64,000 nucleotides of DNA from Eledone cirrhosa. Lineage: Eukaryota. The notes beneath the pieces are model-generated. The model was not told where the DNA came from. It worked only from the letters and a program-made list of their open reading frames with translations, and ran no database searches. Location of the stretch: the NCBI GenBank assembly GCA_964016885.1, contig OZ024747.1:67642001-67706000 (forward strand). The letters are read 5' to 3'. Each line of letters begins with the position of its first letter. Position 1 is the stretch's first letter. Positions 14,020 to 27,130 of this stretch are shown piece by piece. A program made the translations under genes and the position numbers.

Positions 14020-14352
14020 TTTTTATATAGGTTCTTGGCATATATCCTTTGATTTTTTTCCGGGTAGCATATGTTGAGTCTTGTCATCAAGAGTAGAAGA
14101 ATGCAGCTGGCAAGGTATGTCCTATGAATTGGGGACAATAAACCAGCAAGAATTGCAATGTGATGGTTGCCAGCTGGTGGGAAATAACTACAGGGTAGGC
14201 TATTGAAGACCTGGAGATCCACCCTTAAAGATGATCTGCGCAGGTGTGGCACAAACATGTTTCCAACACCAACCCTTGCTAGAGACAGAGAAAGATGGAA
14301 GAGCACAGTGGCCCCTTACCGTGAGGCTGGAGGAACCAGATGACCAGATGAA
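14020..14352 (+). mobile_element. Old RTE-clade LINE 3' fragment
   Basis: Translates with stops to IKSRRMQLARYVL...GRLLKTWRSTLKDDLRRCG...LARDRERWKSTV, typical of an RTE C-terminus. Confidence 0.8.
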
Positions 14353-14372
14353 TGCTGATTAGTTTTCATTAT

Positions 14373-14742
14373 CCATGCTTTGACGCATAGAGTTACGGCC
14401 CTTGCCATTCTGAGTTCAAATCCCGCCGAGGTTAACTTTGCCTTTCATCCTTACGGGGTCGATAAAATAAAGTACCAGTAATGCACTGGGTAATTGCTGG
14501 CCTTGTGCCAAAAGTAGAAACAATTATCATATGCAGCCAGTATCAGTAGAGCGTCGGACGCCATGCTTTGCAGCATAGAGTTACGACCCTTTATGATCTG
14601 AGTTCAAATCCCGCCGAGGTTAACTTTTCCTTTCATCCTTACGAGGTCGATATAATAAAGTACCAGTCACACTGGGGTCAACTTAATCGACTTTCCCCTC
14701 CCCCAAGGTTGATGGCCTTGTGCCTATATAAGAAACCATTAT
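14373..14742 (+). mobile_element. Two tandem tRNA-SINE copies (short then long subtype)
   Basis: gagttcaaatcccgccgaggttaactttgcctttcatccttacggggtcgataaaataaagtaccag core present twice. Confidence 0.9.
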
Positions 14743-15409
14743 CACATGCTGTCAGAATCGATAAATTCGATATAGCAACAAAATAAATAAATAAATAAAT
14801 AAGGCGAGATGTATACTTTCTTACGGGAAGTGACAGAAATGAGTTACTGCTTTGGGTATTTATTTAGTTAAGCAAGTGCTTCGTATTATGACTAGCTGCG
14901 GGAACAGTTCCGTTCGAAGTACAGATTCTGTTGATGCAACAGACGGCTACCTGACTCTAAGAAGCATAAGGCGGAAAATGTAATGTGACTGTAAGCTATG
15001 CATCTGTACACGTGAATGTCCAGGCATCGTGTTTACTCCATCAGTTCTGCAGATAATCACATTGTCAATAGAGAATTTACAAACATTCAACCCTGGCAGG
15101 ACAGCTTAAACACAGCTTGATTCGACTTTCGAAACTCACACATCGTTCCTTTCCCAGCATGGATTATACCAGCCTCAACACACACACACATGCAGACACA
15201 CACGCGCACGCGCACGCACACACACACACACATGCTTCTTACAGTTAGCTTTTATTTTTCTCCGAATAAGATTTGAAGGTCGTGTGAATATTAACGTATC
15301 CATTATGTGTGGAACACGAACTCGACAATAATACTGGTGCACTTTAGATTCATCTGGTACATGTGCATGTGCAAGGTAGACAGTTCTAATTTTTAATGTA
15401 TTTACACTC

Positions 15410-15665
15410 AAAAGACGCCTGCATTAATCCCACACAAACAAAAAATTCACTAAAAGAACTGTATTAATCCCATACCGTTATCAGTTTCACCACAAGAATA
15501 CCTTCATTAATTCCACACCGTAATCAGATTCGTTAAAAGGACGCCTGCATTAATCCCAAACCGTCATCACATTCACTAAAAAAATGCCTGTTTTAATCCC
15601 ACACAGTCAACAAATTCATCAAAAGAATGTCTGCTTTAATTCCACACCGACATTAAATGTACCAA
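15410..15665. repeat. About 43-bp degenerate minisatellite, six units
   Basis: TAATCC/TAATTC anchors at 15425, 15465, 15508, 15551, 15594 and 15637. Confidence 0.85.
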
Positions 15666-15877
15666 ATGGACGTTTATATTATCGTTGCAGTGATATTAGA
15701 AACACAAACTACTGCTACAGACAACCCTCACCAGTTGATGCCCTTGAGTCTATGTTCTAATTCGCCACTCGAAGACACTTTGTTTATATCCCGATGCTGT
15801 GGTAGCTATGACATGATCACCCTTTAAAATATCTACAGTGAGATTAGATTTATGTTTATTTTATATAAACATATCGA

Positions 15878-16097
15878 GGGTGGTGGATTGGTAGTATCGA
15901 TAGAGAGTCGGACACTATGCTTTGCAGCATAGAGTTACGGCCTTTTACGGTCTGAGTTCAAATCCCGCCGAGGTAAACTTTGCCTTCCATCCTTACGGGG
16001 TCGATAAAATAAAGCACCAGTAACGTACTGGGGTCGATTTAATCGACTTTCCCCTCCCCCAAATTACTGGCCTTGTGCCTATACTAGAAATCATTAT
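15878..16097 (+). mobile_element. Full-length tRNA-SINE, long subtype (reference copy)
   Basis: A-box-like tggtagtatcgataga, B-box gagttcaaatccc, central gccttccatccttacggggtcgataaaat.aag.acc block (resembles the Meta/Sauria-type SINE central domain as I recall it), hairpin gtcga-tttaa-tcgac, tail agaaatcattat. Confidence 0.92.
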
Positions 16098-17024
16098 ATA
16101 CAAACATATCGTATAGGATTTCATTGAACGTTATATGTTTTTGCAACATCCTTACTTAAGTTCATTTCTTACACCACAGAGGCGGTGATTTGACAGAGTC
16201 GGATTTAAAATGCCTCGGTATTTGTTCTGGTCCATTGCGGTCTGCGTTCAAATCATGCCAAATCCTTCACCCCTTCGAGGTCCATAAAGTATCTGTACTA
16301 ATACTGAGGCTAATTGTTTTTCTCTATCTTCCTTTATTACTTTCTCGCTCCATCTTTGTTTCTTGAGAAGAAATATGGTGTGTTCTAAATAGAGAGGAAA
16401 AGACTCCGCCAAGTTTAAAATGCCCAAACACGCTGTGACAGGACAATGCTCTTACGGCTCCCTCAGGAGCTAAGGGCTCTTCACTATATCCTATAGAGCT
16501 CTTTCTTTCTGTTCTCCTTCATTCTTTCTTTCTTTCTTTCTTCCTCCCTCTTCTCCCCTTCCCCCGTTGGATGTCATTCGGTACTTTGAATGTTTCTTCA
16601 GATAATTCTCTGCGTAGATACAAGAAAGATTTTAGATCGTTCCTGAACATTTTAAAATCATTTGTACATGCACCGAAACCATGTTCCGCCAGCAACGCAA
16701 CTACGTCTGGCTGAGAAAACTGTGTTCTTGCTTTCGTTATTTTCTCAGCTTTGTTTATATCCAGTTGCTTGTTGATTTTCAGACAGAATCTTTGACTTTG
16801 TTGTCGTTAGTGTTAATATTGTAGTTAGAACTATTTTTATTACTGTCAATTTTTAAAATAATACTGTTGTTGTTGTCAAAGTTTTTATTGGTCTTGTTGA
16901 TATGGCTGTTTGTACTGCTAATAATATCATTGATACTCTTACTATTGATGTTTTTATTAATGTTCTTATCACTCTTAATCCAATCGTCGGCATTTTCTTC
17001 CCTACATTATTTTCAATATTTTTT

Positions 17025-17089
17025 TCAGTAGAGAGGGCGGCTACCATCATTATATGGGTTCACTCCCACTTCTACTTCCGTAGGCATTT
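17025..17089 (-). CDS. Candidate coding exon of an unidentified host gene: (E)MPTEVEVGVNPYNDGSRPLY*
   Basis: Strong acceptor tttgctgttttcttttctaacgtttAG. Phase-compatible with the 17640-17754 candidate exon. Lies in non-repeat sequence. Confidence 0.45.
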
Positions 17090-17219
17090 CTAAACGTTAG
17101 AAAAGAAAACAGCAAATAAAGTTTAAATATTTTCCTCTGGTGGGGAACTATTCCACAAACATGTACATCTCTGGTTACTAAATATATTACACATTTTGTC
17201 TAACTATGAAAAGACACTT

Positions 17220-17515
17220 ACATCAGTTGTTGGACCGTCGCCTGTTCTGACGACAAGTGTCCCAGTTGTTTGAGCAACGAAACAGCCTGCTCATGAAATT
17301 AACTTGCAAGTGGCTTTGATAGAGTTCTCAGGCAGATACAGCGTTGCACATTGTGTAACAAGGCTGGCCCTCTGAATTACATGTACAAATCATTTATTTT
17401 CCAACGCAATAGTGCCTCTCTCATCAATACAACGTACCGCCCATTCCGGGATATCGAACATAACTTTACGACCGTGAGCCCAACAGCGTCACCACTAAGC
17501 CACGCGCCTTCATGC
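17220..17515 (-). mobile_element. Second tRNA-derived SINE family copy
   Basis: Minus strand starts ggcgcgtggcttagtggt (A-box) followed by gttcgatatccc (B-box-like). Confidence 0.7.
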
Positions 17516-17639
17516 AAGTTGCATACACAAGAAGTAAAATATTTTTTTGTTTAAAATTAAAAACGCTTTGGTCGCTCTGATTCAATTAACAGTCGAAATT
17601 AAGATTTCTCGCATCGACACATGCCAACCCACTTCTTAC

Positions 17640-17754
17640 CCATCTCGAAGACTAGACCTAACCAGATCCCTATAAGCACCTTAGCTGAAGAATATTTAGC
17701 GTCGAAGAATTTGTAGTGTGTAATTCCTGCTGTTACTTCATTGGCCGGAAAATC
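17640..17754 (-). CDS. Candidate internal exon (115 nt): DFPANEVTAGITHYKFFDAKYSSAKVLIGIWLGLVFEM
   Basis: Bounded by tgttAG and G|GTAAG. Only one of three frames is open. Phase 0 to phase 1. Confidence 0.5.
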
Positions 17755-17926
17755 CTAACAGTCACTATTAAATTAATGGTTCCTTATTAATTAATTCTTC
17801 ATTAATTAATTCTTTATTAATTAATTGAAATACTGCGGATGCTAAGAGTAGGTTCATTTACTCGTGCTATACTGCCTTTCAACAAATTGGCGGCAATTGT
17901 CTCACCACCTACGCTTTCCTGGAGAT

Positions 17927-18231
17927 CAGGGGCGTGCAACAGGCGGCCCGCGGGCCACACCCGGCCCACCTGACCAGTCAGGGTGGTCGCGATGACCATT
18001 TTTTATTTTTACCTTATAGGCTTATTTTGAATTTTTTTTTCTCACCGTAATACAATGTTCTGTTAGTTGACCTCTACTAAAGGGCTCCACTGATAAGGTT
18101 ATGTGTGTTATAATTTCCCAGTTCCAAGTTGTGGTGAATCTTTGGAATAGTGCTTAATAAATATAAATGGCCCTAATAGTTGTTCCAACGTCCAAAAGTG
18201 GCCCGCCAATGGAATATCTTGCACACCCCTG
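17927..18231. mobile_element. hAT (Charlie-like) MITE
   Basis: TIRs caggggcgtgcaa / ttgcacacccctg, subterminal ggcccgc motifs, degenerate 8-bp TSD ctggagat / ctatagat. Confidence 0.85.
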
Positions 18232-18239
18232 CTATAGAT

Positions 18240-18395
18240 TATTCCACCATGCACCCTCTTTCGCCGTAGCTACCAGATAAAAATGAAAACTGCCTGCCCT
18301 TCTTCGACCAAAAGAAGGTGCAGATTTACTGTCATAATGGATTAGGCTAATAGCCAGATGTGCTCTACTACACACGACCACAACTGTTCTACAAG
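18240..18395 (-). mobile_element. Old Tx1 ORF2 fragment
   Basis: Minus strand cttttggtcgaagaagggcaggcagtttt...ctggtagctacggcgaaagag corresponds to FSREGQAVFICLVAMAKE. Confidence 0.75.
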
Positions 18396-18402
18396 AGTTC
18401 CA

Positions 18403-19121
18403 TAATAATTTTTCTACTTTTGGCACAAGGCCAGCAATTATCCCAGTACATTACTGGTACTTTATTTTATCGACCCCGTAAGGATGAAAGGCAAAGTTAA
18501 CCTCGGCAGGATTTGAACTCAGACCGCAAAGGGACATAACTCTATGCTGCAAAGCATGACGTCCGACCCTCAACCGATACTGCCAATCCCTTTATTAAAT
18601 AATAATTGTTTCTACTTTAGGCACAAGGCCAGCAATTATCCAGTACATTACTGGTACTTTATTTTATTGACCTCGTAAAGATAAATAATAATGAAGTACA
18701 CAAAGTACGATTTTATGATTGACTGAAAAGCTAAAGCAAAGTTATGGTATTTAAAAGTATCGTATTTTTATTTCCCTCCCAAACACTTTGCCACGTCATT
18801 TCATATCTCCAGAGGAAATAAGAATGTTTTAAACTCCACATACACACACACACACACACACAGGGTTTTATAGTGGAGCATATAAAATATGTTTATATAT
18901 AATGGTTTCTGATTTAGGCACAAGGCCAACAATTTCAGGGGACGGGAAAGTCGATTAAATCCATCCCCAGTGCATTACTGGTACTTTATTTTATCGACCC
19001 CGTAAGGATGAAAGGCAAAGTTAACCTCGGCGGGATTTGAACTCAGAATGGCAAGGGCCATAACTCTAAGCTGCGAAGCATATTGTCCGACGCTCTATCG
19101 ATTCTGCCAATCCACCGCCCT
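18403..19121 (-). mobile_element. Three tRNA-SINE copies (18403-18590, 18600-18682, 18900-19121)
   Basis: Same diagnostic motifs as the reference copy. Confidence 0.9.
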
Positions 19122-19224
19122 CAATATGTTTATATATAATAAACCTCCTTCTAGCTGCGCTATGATTAATAAGTTGTGACTATGTCAGTGCTTACACACA
19201 CACACACACACATATATATATACA

Positions 19225-19677
<453 letters not shown>

Positions 19678-20654
19678 TAGAAAAAGAGGGAGAGAAAGAA
19701 AGAAAAAACGGAGAGAGACAGAAGGAGAGAAAGAAAAAGAAAACCTGGAGAAATATCGGAGAGAGAAATGTATGTAGAAAAGAAAGAGATAAATAGATAG
19801 GAGGAAATAAAAAGAAAGAAAAAAGGAAGAAATAAGAAAAACAAAGGAAAGCAACAGAGAGATAATAAGTCATCATACAGATAGAAAAACTCAAGAGAGA
19901 GAAAATACTATATAGAGAGAGGGGGAGATTGTGACAACTTTACGTCATGTCATATTAAGTTGAGTTAACAATTTATATGAAATGAATAATAAAAATATAA
20001 ATATCAATATTCATGAATGGGATATAGATATATAATATGAGAAAATAACATTGTTCAATAATGACCATATGTTTAGTTTAAAAACTTGAGATCAATATAC
20101 CAAAATCTGAGTTAAATCCTTCAAAAAAATACCCTATTTATAAAAATCAGGATACAAATATGTATATATATATACACACATATGTACGTCCTGAAAATAG
20201 AAATTATGTCTACTCAAGCCAATAATATAGACACACAAGGCGCAAATGATTTCACTTGATGACTGCTATACACTTCTTGTGTTATAAAAAGTTCACAGTA
20301 TATATACATAAATATACGATTAATATTCATGTCCTCATATACACGATTACCGTTCATGTATTTAATATTATGCATATCTGCAACATACATCACATATACA
20401 CACACACATATATACACATACATATGTATAAATAAATAAATAAATAAATATCTGCGTGAGTTTTCCAGCATCGGTCATGTATATATACATACATACATAT
20501 ATACAAACACATAAATAGAACCTATAACACTTTTATATGCATGTTAATACACACATATGGCATTTGTATAGAGATAATCAAACATCAATACATTAATATA
20601 GAGATATCAAAGCATTACATATCTTTAAACCACTATAGAGTATCTCAAGTAAAA

Positions 20655-21099
<445 letters not shown>

Positions 21100-22078
21100 C
21101 CCCCTCCACTCTCAAGAGCGTGAAACTAATAAACCTTTGTTCGTACTGCCTCTCTGTTTTGTTCCCGTTCCATTTTTCACTATATATATTATTTCTACAA
21201 GTACATAGTACCTGTTGAGGCATTCATCCACTTTTATAATTTTTCTCCTTATGTAGAGAATAAAACGTTGAATAATGCTACTAATTTTAGTGGCAGTATC
21301 AACACGTTTATAATAAACAGCTATTATCTGCGACCTGATTTTGCGTGTGTGTCATTTTAACGGCTTGACCATATGCGTTGGGCAGGAAGCGAAATATTTA
21401 CTTGCTGTAGGACTGGCAACCTTATAGTATGGAAATAAGCTGTCTGAAAATCCATTTCTTTCCATTGGAAATTCTCTGGATTTCCAATTTTTGGAATGGT
21501 GAAAGCGTCGGTAACAGCAATAGAACAGGTGATTATTTAAATCGTTTTTTAATTTATTTAGAGAATTGTTTGATAACCGCTTGCTCCGCTCTTTTTATAT
21601 TGTTCTGGTATCTCAAATTAGTACCATCGAACTACACTTATTATAAACAACTTGCATATTTCTACAAGTACTTAGTGCCTGTTGAAGTATTCATCCATAT
21701 TATTCTCCTCAACGGTAGAGAAATCTTTGGTTGTTTGAACGGCTGCTATTTTTAGCAGGACGGGATTGACCTGTCCACCCTGCTTTCTGTCTTTGCACAC
21801 GGTACGAGACAAAATTGTTTCATCATTCATTTATTCTCATTCTGAGGCAGTTTTGTAGGGCGCCAGTTTGTAATTTGAACTCGGTAATTTAATGTTCTGC
21901 GAGAGAGAAAAGCCTTCTGACAGGGATCTCTTTCTCAATGGAAATCCGCTTGGATTATCGATTTCTTTGGGATCTGAAACCGCGGTAAGGGCACACATAG
22001 TAAGTACAGTGAATTTTTTGGAATCTATATTTTTTATATATTCTTTAGGATATTTTCTGTGTTTACACTCCCTGATTT

Positions 22079-22102
<24 letters not shown>

Positions 22103-22109
<7 letters not shown>

Positions 22110-22451
22110 CGTAGTTTAGAAAGCCACAACAATGCAGAGGGAAATCTCGAGGTAGGAAGTGAATGATAGATAGGAGAAATAGGATAAAGTGAAAATTGTT
22201 TTAACGACATCACAACTTTCTCCGCTTAGCCTGTTCCCCCCCTTTTGGAACTTTCCCCCGTTGATGGGCGTGAGCCCGAAATATTGGGATTAAATCTCCA
22301 CTACGGTAACCCTTCTACCTTTGTTTTGTTTTCATTTTTTCATCTTTGTCTCTCTCAATTTTCACTTTATCCTATTTCTCCTATCTATCATTCACTTCCT
22401 ACCTCGAGATTTCCCTCTGCATTGTTGTGGCTTTCTAAACTACGTATTTTA
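22103..22451. repeat. 96-bp perfect inverted repeat with a 157-bp spacer containing a degenerate hammerhead (22254-22289)
   Basis: Arms 22103-22198 and 22356-22451 checked base by base. Spacer contains TCCC-CCGTTGA-t-gggc-gtga-gccc-GAAA-TAT-T-GGGA. Confidence 0.85.
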
Positions 22452-22486
22452 CACATTTCAGAATGCTTCAAGCAAACTTTAACACC

Positions 22487-22560
<74 letters not shown>

Positions 22561-22631
22561 TTATTCTAAATGTAAGTTTCATTTAGTCTTCTAAGAAACC
22601 TAGAATGTGAAGAGTCTACTATTTCTTTACC

Positions 22632-22702
22632 TCCACTGAAGAACAGAAGAATTGGTAATTCCTTTCACTTGATGCGAAACAGTTTACCAAATACTCTCTG
22701 GA
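22632..22702 (+). ncRNA. Degenerate hammerhead-like motif
   Basis: TCCA-CTGAAGA-...-GAAA-CAG...CTC-TC-TGGA. Stem II is poor. Confidence 0.4.
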
Positions 22703-22870
22703 TGTTCGATAGTTATCACAATCGGTTTGTTTTTTTCTTAATTTTTTCTTTTAATTGAGTCTGCAAACGTTTTGCTTATAGTTAGTATACTATTCACCCT
22801 AGTGAGTCTGGTCCCTTATCATCGGAACACAGATGAGTATATATCCTCCCCTCTCTATCTCCAGCACCAA

Positions 22871-22907
<37 letters not shown>

Positions 22908-23028
22908 CAACATGAGAAGAAAGAATACTGCGTGGTTGCACATGGGTTACATATGATAAAAATAGTCCTTCGTCAGTGATTTTCCAACTTTCATTGGTAT
23001 AATTCAATATAATAAAGAGAGATAAACA

Positions 23029-23118
23029 CTGTTTCATTCGGGAGAAATCATCAGGAAGAAACCCTGATGATTTCTCCCGTATTAAACAGTTCTAGTCCTG
23101 TAGAAGCCATTTCTATAT

Positions 23119-23120
<2 letters not shown>
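23029..23120 (+). mobile_element. Second copy of the 11779-11868 hammerhead family with its own inverted 5' arm
   Basis: ctgtttcattcgggagaaatcatcagg is inverted against cctgatgatttctcccgtattaaacag. Same downstream ttctagtcctgtagaagccatttctata, then (TA)n. Confidence 0.75.
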
Positions 23121-23188
<68 letters not shown>

Positions 23189-24023
23189 TATATATATATT
23201 ATAAACACATATAGATACACAAAGCTAGTGGATTATTGTATATCCATATACTTAAATAAAGCGAAGTGTGAGGGAGAAACGGGGAAGCAACTGATTTAGG
23301 TTCCCACTAAATCAGCATATATTCAGATTAAAATCTAAAGTGTAACCCAAGGACCTGCTGACAACACACATTCTCTCATCCCCAACACACTTCTGGTGGA
23401 ATGTCACCGTTTTTCACACCCACAAATATATGTATATAGTCCCACTGAAGGCACACACACACACACACAAATATGTGTATATAAACCTACTGAAGGCACA
23501 CACACACTCGCTCTCTCTCTCTCACACACACTGACACACACAAACACATACACACATATAGAAACAGACAGACAGACACACACACACACACACACACACA
23601 CAATAGTTTCAAATATATAAATAAGGCCAGCAATATTTTATGGGAATGTGGAAGAGAAAGTCGATTAGTGGCAGAATTGACCTCGGTTGGATTCGAGCTC
23701 AGGACGTAATAAATACCACAGACTGTATATATGTATGTATGTATGTATGTATGTTCATTTGACCGTTTTCTTCTCTTTGCAAAATTTGAATTTTAGCCAT
23801 GTTATATTGAGATGTAAGTAAATGTAAAATGTAAGATATAAATAAGGATTGCTCTGCTAAAATATACTAAAATATTTGTGTAACTTCCACAAACTTCTGT
23901 CGTGACATTCCCGAGTCCAGTGACCAAAAAGTTGTTGTATTTTGATGTTTCAGAATACAAAAATTAATTAAAAACTTACCCCACGAAAAGACAGCGTGTG
24001 TTGTCCTATCTATAAGCTCCCTC

Positions 24024-25702
24024 CACACATTGCAGATTGTGTTCTTCCTGAAAGTCAATCTGGTTTTCGTGCTGGACGCGGCACTACTGATATGATCTTC
24101 TCAGCTAGACAGCTCCAGGAGAAGTGCATTGAACAAGGCTTGGATCTGTATCAGGTTTTTGTCGATCTGACAAAGGCTTTCGATACTGTCAACAGCGAGG
24201 CATTATGGAAGGTTCTCCAGAAACTTGGTTGCCCTGATAAGTTCCTTGCTTTAGTTAGGTCTTTCCATGACGACATGAAGGCTTGGGTTAATGTCGGAGG
24301 TAACATGTCGGAGCCTATCTCAGTCAAAAATGGAGTGAAACAGGGGGATATTCCAGCACCGACCCTGTTTGCCATATACTTTGCAATGGTTTTCTGTATT
24401 GCATTCAGGAATTGCGAGCATGGTGTTTACATCCGATATCGAACCTCAGGCAGCATATTTAACATCAGGCGCTTTGCTGCGAAGACAAAAGTATTTACAT
24501 CAATCATAAGAGACCTCTTGTATGCAGATGATTGCAATCTTGTAGCGCACACAGAGAGTGATATGCAGCACATTTTGAATGCATTTTCTGACGCTTGCAC
24601 TGCCCTGGGTTTGACTGTCAGTCTCAAGAAAACCGTCGTCATGTACCAACCTGCCACTAGTAAGCAGTACACTGAACCAAACATCTATGTGTATGGCAAA
24701 CGACTTGGAGTGGTTGATCAGTTTGTCTACCTGGGAAGTACTGTCAATCGATACGGCAACCTTGACGGTGAAATCTCACTTAGGATTAGGAAAGCAAGTG
24801 ATGCTTTCGGAAAGCTAGAAAGGCAACTCTGGGGTCGGCGAGACATATGCAGGAGGACAAAGGTAAAGGTGTACAGGGCATGTGTACTCTCTTGTCTTCT
24901 TTATGCCTTCGAGACCTGGGTCACATATCGACACCACCTTAAGCAATTGGAACGTTTCCATCAGATGTGTCTCAGACGGATCCATGGCGTTCACTGGAGG
25001 GACCACATCAGTGATGTCGAGATTTTGGAAAGCTCTATGTGTACAAGTATAGAAGCTCTTCTGCTTAAGCAACGACTCCGTTGGAGTGGTCACCTTGCCA
25101 GGATGAAGGATTCTAGAATACCAAAACAACACTTTTATGGAGAGTTGGTTAAAGGAAAACGACCGCCACATAAACCAAAAAAGAGGTATAAGGATTCCTT
25201 GAAAGCCTCTCTGAAAGACGCTAACATCTCTGCTGATACATGGGAAAATATTGCTGCTGATCGTAATAAATGGAGAAAGACTGTATATGAGGGAAAAGTT
25301 GCCTTTGAGGCATCTCGAATCGCATACGAGAAAGTAAAGCGGGATGTGAGGAAGGGCATTGCTGTTGCACTTCCAGACGGCGAGGGTCCTCCTATGGTGC
25401 TGACATGCAGCGTCTGTGCGAGACTCTGCCTAAGCAAAGCTGGACTCGAAAGTCATCTTCGCAGTCATAAAGTAAGACCAGTGGTTGACTACCAGGCTGC
25501 TGTTGGAGATGCTACTCATCATGCTTGCCAAACATGTGGTAGAGAATGTAAATCAGCAGGAGGGCTCAAGCGACATGCAAAAGTACACGAACTCCAACCA
25601 CAGCCGACTATTCCCAGTGAATGTTTTGGTTGCCGACTCTGTGCAAGACATTTTCGATCATTGGCTGGGCTAAAAAGCCACATTCGATCGCAGCACTGTT
25701 AG
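24024..25702 (+). CDS. RTE reverse transcriptase plus three C2H2 zinc fingers (no endonuclease domain; 5'-truncated)
   Basis: QSGFRAGRGT, FVDLTKAFD, GVKQG, YADD, LRWSGH motifs; three CxxC-x12-H fingers. Confidence 0.93.
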
Positions 25703-25809
25703 TTGTTATCGTGTGTGTGTGTGTAGATATGCTTATGTGCGTGCGTGTGTGTGTATATATATATGAATATGTATATTATTATTGTTGTTGTCGTTATTAT
25801 TATTATTGC

Positions 25810-25843
<34 letters not shown>

Positions 25844-25947
25844 GTTATTAATGTATGTGTGTGTGTGTATATGTGTGTGTATGTGTATGTATGTGTGTAT
25901 GTATATATGTATGTATGTATATATATATATATTTTTTCTTTTTTTTT

Positions 25948-25995
<48 letters not shown>

Positions 25996-26280
25996 TTATT
26001 TTATTTTATTTTATTTTATTTATTTATTTTTTATTTTTTATTTATTTATTTATTTTTTTTTCTCGTGCAATGGCCATACTCGATAACGAGGGGGCAGCCA
26101 TCATGTATGTATGTATGTATGTATGTATGTATGTATGTATGTATGTATGTATGTATGTATGTATGTATGCATGCATGCATGCATGCATGTATGTGCATGT
26201 ATGCATGTATGTGTATGTATATGCATGCATGTATGTGTATGTATATACATGTGTGTATGTATATATATGTGTGTATGTAT
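24024..26280 (+). mobile_element. 5'-truncated RTE-clade LINE with microsatellite-rich 3' UTR, terminal stem-loop (26063-26103) and (TGTA)n tail
   Basis: Near-identical to 55987-57880. 3' end tcgtgcaatggccatactcg-ataa-cgagggggcagccatca. Confidence 0.93.
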
Positions 26281-26377
26281 GCAACAGAAACCGGTAGGGC
26301 ATCTGCAAAAACACTTTGTGGTATTTTGTTCCGTCCATTTCCGTTTTGAGCTCATTCACCGCTCTCAATAATAATAA

Positions 26378-27130
26378 AAGTTTCTTATATAGGCACAAGA
26401 CCAACAATTTTTGGGGAGGGGAAGTCAATTAAATCGACTCCATTGCGTGACCGGTACTTTATTTTATCGACCGCGTAAGGATGAAAAGCAAAGTTCACCT
26501 CGGCGGGATTTGAACTCAGACTATAAAGGGGCGTAACTCTATGCTGCAAAGCATGGCGTCCGACATTCTACCGATATTGCCAACAATAATAATGATTTCT
26601 GTATTAGCCACACAGGGCTCACGTTAAGAAAACTTTAAAGACGGTACAGGACGGCACTGGACGGTACAGTGTGTTTGTTTCTGTGTAAAATAAAATTTAT
26701 AACAGAAACTAAGAAAATAAGCATTTAAACAATAACAACGACGATAATAATAATTTGTTATTATTAGGGTCGGACGCCATGCTTTGACGCATAGAGTTAC
26801 GGCCCTTGCCATTCTGAGTTCAAATCCCGCCGAGGTTAACTTTGCCTTTCATCCTTACGGGGTCAATAAAATAAAGTACCAGTAATGCACTGGGTAATTG
26901 CTGGCCTTATGCCAAATGTAGAAGCAATTATTTCTTTATTGGCTGTGGATTGGCAGTATCGGTAGAAGGTCGGACGCCATGCTTTGCAGCATAGAGTTAC
27001 GGCCCTTTACAGTCTGAGTTTAATTCCTGCTGAGGTCAACTTTGCCTTTCATCCTTACGGGGTCGATAAAATAAAGTACCAGTAATGTACTGGTTAATTG
27101 CTGGCCTTGTGCCAAAAGTAGAAACAACTA
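26378..27130. mobile_element. Nested cluster: SINE(-) 26378-26585, Tx1 3' UTR(-) 26593-26760, SINE(+) 26768-26930, SINE(+) 26944-27130
   Basis: SINE motifs. Minus strand gccctgtgtggctaatacagaaatcattatt matches the Tx1 3' end. Confidence 0.8.

Noticed and set aside
15410-15665. CRISPR-like periodicity
   Set aside because: Whole units are degenerate copies with no unique spacers, the context is eukaryotic, and there are no cas genes.
26281-26320. Splice acceptor that could be the other half of the exon at 23979
   Set aside because: The sequence is better explained as a degenerate SINE head.
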